Assembly: GCA_963792245.1 (NCBI GenBank)
Contig: CAWBVO010000028.1
Location: forward strand, 3,103-67,102
Reading direction: 5' to 3'
From: an uncultured Actinomycetes bacterium
Lineage (GTDB): Bacteria > Actinomycetota > Thermoleophilia > Gaiellales > Gaiellaceae
DNA: 64,000 nt
Shown here in pieces: positions 61,362 through 64,000 of the stretch. Position numbers and translations under genes: made by a program. The stretch's first letter is position 1, and each line of letters starts with the position of its first letter. Under the pieces are notes generated by a model, which saw nothing but the letters and a program-made list of their open reading frames with translations, had not been told where the DNA came from and ran no database searches.

Positions 61362-61430
61362 GAACGCCGATCGTAAGGGTCGCCTGCTGTCACGCCCGCA
61401 CTACCGGGTGCAGCGGCCCTGCACCGACTG

Positions 61431-61449
61431 TAAGGTTCTCCTTACATGA
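61431..61449 (+). promoter_or_regulatory. DtxR/IdeR-like iron box overlapping the ZIP -10 and ATG
   Basis: TAAGGTTCTCCTTACATGA matches 15/19 of TWAGGTWAGSCTWACCTWA. Confidence 0.55.
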
Positions 61450-62279
61450 GCTCGGTGCAGATCGTCTTTCTGGGCGCCGTTGCGGGCCTGACCATCTTCC
61501 TCGGCCTTCCGGTCGGCCGCATGCAGTCGGTCAGCCCCGCGACGAAGTCGTTCCTGAGTGCCATGGCCACCGGAATCCTGATCTTCCTCCTGTGGGACGT
61601 GCTCACGGCGGCGGTCGAGCCGGTAGAGGAAGCGCTCACAGCCGGGAACGACGGACGATTTCTCTGGCTCGCAATACTCCTGACCTCCGGCTTCGCCGTC
61701 GGTCTGATGTCCCTCGCGCTGTACGACGGCTGGCTCCGACGGCGGCGCGCAAAGGCAATGCTCGGTCCCGGCGCAGCGTCGATCGCCGAGTACCAGGCCG
61801 AGCAGCACATCGTCACGATGTCCCCCTCGAGTTGGCTCGCGGTCTTCATCGCCACCGGGATCGGACTCCACAACTTCTCGGAAGGCCTGGCAATCGGGCA
61901 ATCCGCGGCGGCGGACGAGCTCAGTCTTGCCCTTGCCCTCGTCATCGGCTTCGGCCTCCACAACGCAACCGAGGGCTTCGGCATCGTCGCGCCCCTCGCA
62001 GGGGACAAGGACCGCCCGAGCTGGGCGTTCCTCGCCACGTTGGGCGTCATCGGCGGCGCCCCGACGTTCGTCGGCACGCTCATCGGCCAGGCATGGGTGA
62101 GCACCGCTCTCTCGGTCGCCTTCCTCGCGCTCGCGGCCGGCTCGATTCTCTACGTCGTCATCGAGCTGATCATGATCTGCGGACGGGCCGTCAGGAAGGA
62201 AGTCATGCTCGCCGGAATCCTGTTGGGACTCGTCCTCGGATTCGGCACAGACTTCGTCCTGGTCGCCGTCGGCGCCTGA
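61446..62279 (+). CDS. ZIP-family (ZupT-like) divalent metal transporter
   Basis: IGLHNFSEGLAIG and GLHNATEGFGI metal-binding TM motifs. Confidence 0.9.
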   Translation: MSSVQIVFLGAVAGLTIFLGLPVGRMQSVSPATKSFLSAMATGILIFLLWDVLTAAVEPVEEALTAGNDGRFLWLAILLTSGFAVGLMSLALYDGWLRRRRAKAMLGPGAASIAEYQAEQHIVTMSPSSWLAVFIATGIGLHNFSEGLAIGQSAAADELSLALALVIGFGLHNATEGFGIVAPLAGDKDRPSWAFLATLGVIGGAPTFVGTLIGQAWVSTALSVAFLALAAGSILYVVIELIMICGRAVRKEVMLAGILLGLVLGFGTDFVLVAVGA

Positions 62280-62694
62280 CGTCAAAAACCCAGCGCCACG
62301 GCCTTTCGCGGTGAGGAACTGAACGCTGGCGCACCTGGGTGTCGCGGCGTCCGACGTTGGTCGACAACTTCGTGCGAGCCGAGACGAATCGGACGGCGAG
62401 CCAGCTTCGCAAGTGGGATCGCCCGCGTGTCTGATGACCCGCGCTCCACGAATCTTGCCCGGTAGTCCAGACATGCCCGCGTTCTAACACTCCATCCCTG
62501 GCGTTTACGCCACGGATCTGACACCGCCCACGTCACACGAGAGTTTGAGGTGGGCTCAACGGCGCCCCCGCCACCCATCGTGGACGGCAGTAACGACTGA
62601 TGCCGGGTGGCGCTGTAATGCGAGATTCCACAACTTCGGGCGCGGCGGCGGTCTCGCACCGAGCGTGTCTGCGCTATCGACGGATAATCATCGA

Positions 62695-63059
62695 ATGACG
62701 GTCGATCCTTCGAGGCTGACGCTTCATCTGGAAAGGGTTCTGCAGGCGCCGAGGGCGCGCGTGTTTGCGTTTCGCGAGGGAGGGCGGTATCGCATCACGA
62801 CGTAGCCACGGGACGGGGATGCGTTCCACTTGAACGGGCAGTACTCGGAGGTCGATCCTCCGCGGCGCCTCGTCTATACGTTCGTTTGGGAAGAGCCCGA
62901 TCCTGACGGCCAGGAGACACTCGTGACGCTTTCGTTCTCTGACCATGGTGGCGGAACGAGGCTCGTTCTCGATCATGTATCGTTCGCGACCCGGGCTCGA
63001 TACGAGCTGCACCAAGCTGGACGGAGACACTGGACCGGCTCGCGCAGTATCTGGCGTAA
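62695..63059 (+). pseudogene. SRPBCC/AHSA1-domain pseudogene
   Basis: LHLERVLQAPRARVF, GGRYRI, GQYSEVDPPRRLVYTFVWE, GGTRL. In-frame TAG at 62803, the WWGP segment is missing, and a frameshift precedes LDRLAQYLA*. Confidence 0.8.
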
Positions 63060-63398
63060 GCAATCAATCCCGCACGCTTGGAACGGCGAGGATTTCCGCC
63101 TCGAAGCTGCGCGCCGCGTAGCGCAGCTGTGACGCGTTTTGCAACGCCCGAATCCCGAACGGACAGGCGTCATGAGTAGAGAATCGGGGCAGTAACCATG
63201 CGGCCTCTGGAGCCGACAGCTCCGGCGACCGGCTGGATGTGCGCGTCATGTGCGTTCGTGGGCGAGTGCCGCCGCCCTGGAGGTTGAGGACGAGGAGGTC
63301 CCGAATGCGAATCTCGCGGCACTCGGCACGGCGCGTCCTACGTGGGATCGCGTTCGCGGATCCGAACTGAAAGCCGCGCTTCGAGCGCAGGGTCTCCC

Positions 63399-64000
63399 CT
63401 AGGAGTCGCGGCCTCTCCTGCCCCAACAGGCGTGTAATAGCTCCCTCTGGAGCCAGAGAGTTGGGTCGGCGAGCGCCGTGGTCATCACCTCGACCTCACG
63501 CCGGGACGCCTCGTCGCCACCGCCGAGCTCGTTGATGACCTCCAGGGTCGGGATCCACCATCTCGCCCAGGGCGAGCCTCCGCGCACCACCTCGGTGGAC
63601 GCCTCATTGCGTATGTCCTGGAGCCCGCAGCGCTCGAACAGTGCCGGCAGCTTTTGACCAAACGCCTTGTCGTATCCACGAGGCACCCACCAGTCTCCGT
63701 CTCGCCAGACCCGCTGGTAGTCGTCGTACAGCGGGTGCGCAGGATCGACGGGAGCGGCTGTCCCCCAATCGGCGTCCTCGTCGAGGAGCCAGCCACCCGG
63801 GCGCAGGCACTCGGCCATCTGCCTGATCGCCTGTTCCTGGCGTCCCTTGAGATGGAACAGCATCAATCGCGAGCAGACGAGATCGAACGAACCAGGCCGG
63901 AGCACGTCGAGCGGGTCCTCGAGGATGTTGTGCTCGATCACCTCGAGATTCGGGAACTCGAGCCTCGACAGGTAGCGGGTGTCGACGTCGGTCGCGACCA
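63399..64000 (-). CDS. class I SAM-dependent methyltransferase (5' end outside window)
   Basis: VATDVDTRYL, FDLVCSRLMLFHL, LRPGGWLLDED. Confidence 0.8.
   Translation of the reverse strand, partial: VATDVDTRYLSRLEFPNLEVIEHNILEDPLDVLRPGSFDLVCSRLMLFHLKGRQEQAIRQMAECLRPGGWLLDEDADWGTAAPVDPAHPLYDDYQRVWRDGDWWVPRGYDKAFGQKLPALFERCGLQDIRNEASTEVVRGGSPWARWWIPTLEVINELGGGDEASRREVEVMTTALADPTLWLQRELLHACWGRRGRDS

Overview
High-GC bacterial chromosome segment. Gene content, tmRNA tag and promoter style suggest a deep-branching actinobacterium (Thermoleophilia/Gaiella-like); this is inferred, not proven. Bases 1-47 kb are mostly core genes. They include tmRNA, a form-II coxSLM molybdo-hydroxylase, a MoxR ATPase, smpB, a SUV3-like helicase, ftsEX, prfB with a CTT-TGA +1 programmed frameshift, secA, hpf, comF, a UGPase, mtnA, ahcY with an upstream MerR gene, sugar-nucleotide/LCP genes, hisC, E2/E3 of a 2-oxoacid dehydrogenase, pheST, lemA-DUF2207 and thrS-infC-rpmI-rplT with an L20-type leader. 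Bases 47-64 kb are more accessory: a UrtR-like MarR with four operator-like palindromes, a class III-like ADH, a polar amino-acid ABC transporter, many small proteins, an MFS, a COG4280/ZIP metal-transport pair with a DtxR/IdeR-like box, and a pseudogene. The most striking unit is a translationally coupled, secreted copper operon (di-cupredoxin, two-domain small-laccase-type oxidase, cupredoxin fusion) with four type-1 Cu sites. Several single-base +1 frameshifts, including in pheT and thrS, look like assembly indels. I found no CRISPR array, tRNA, integrase or transposase. All assignments come from motif recognition by eye; no searches were run.
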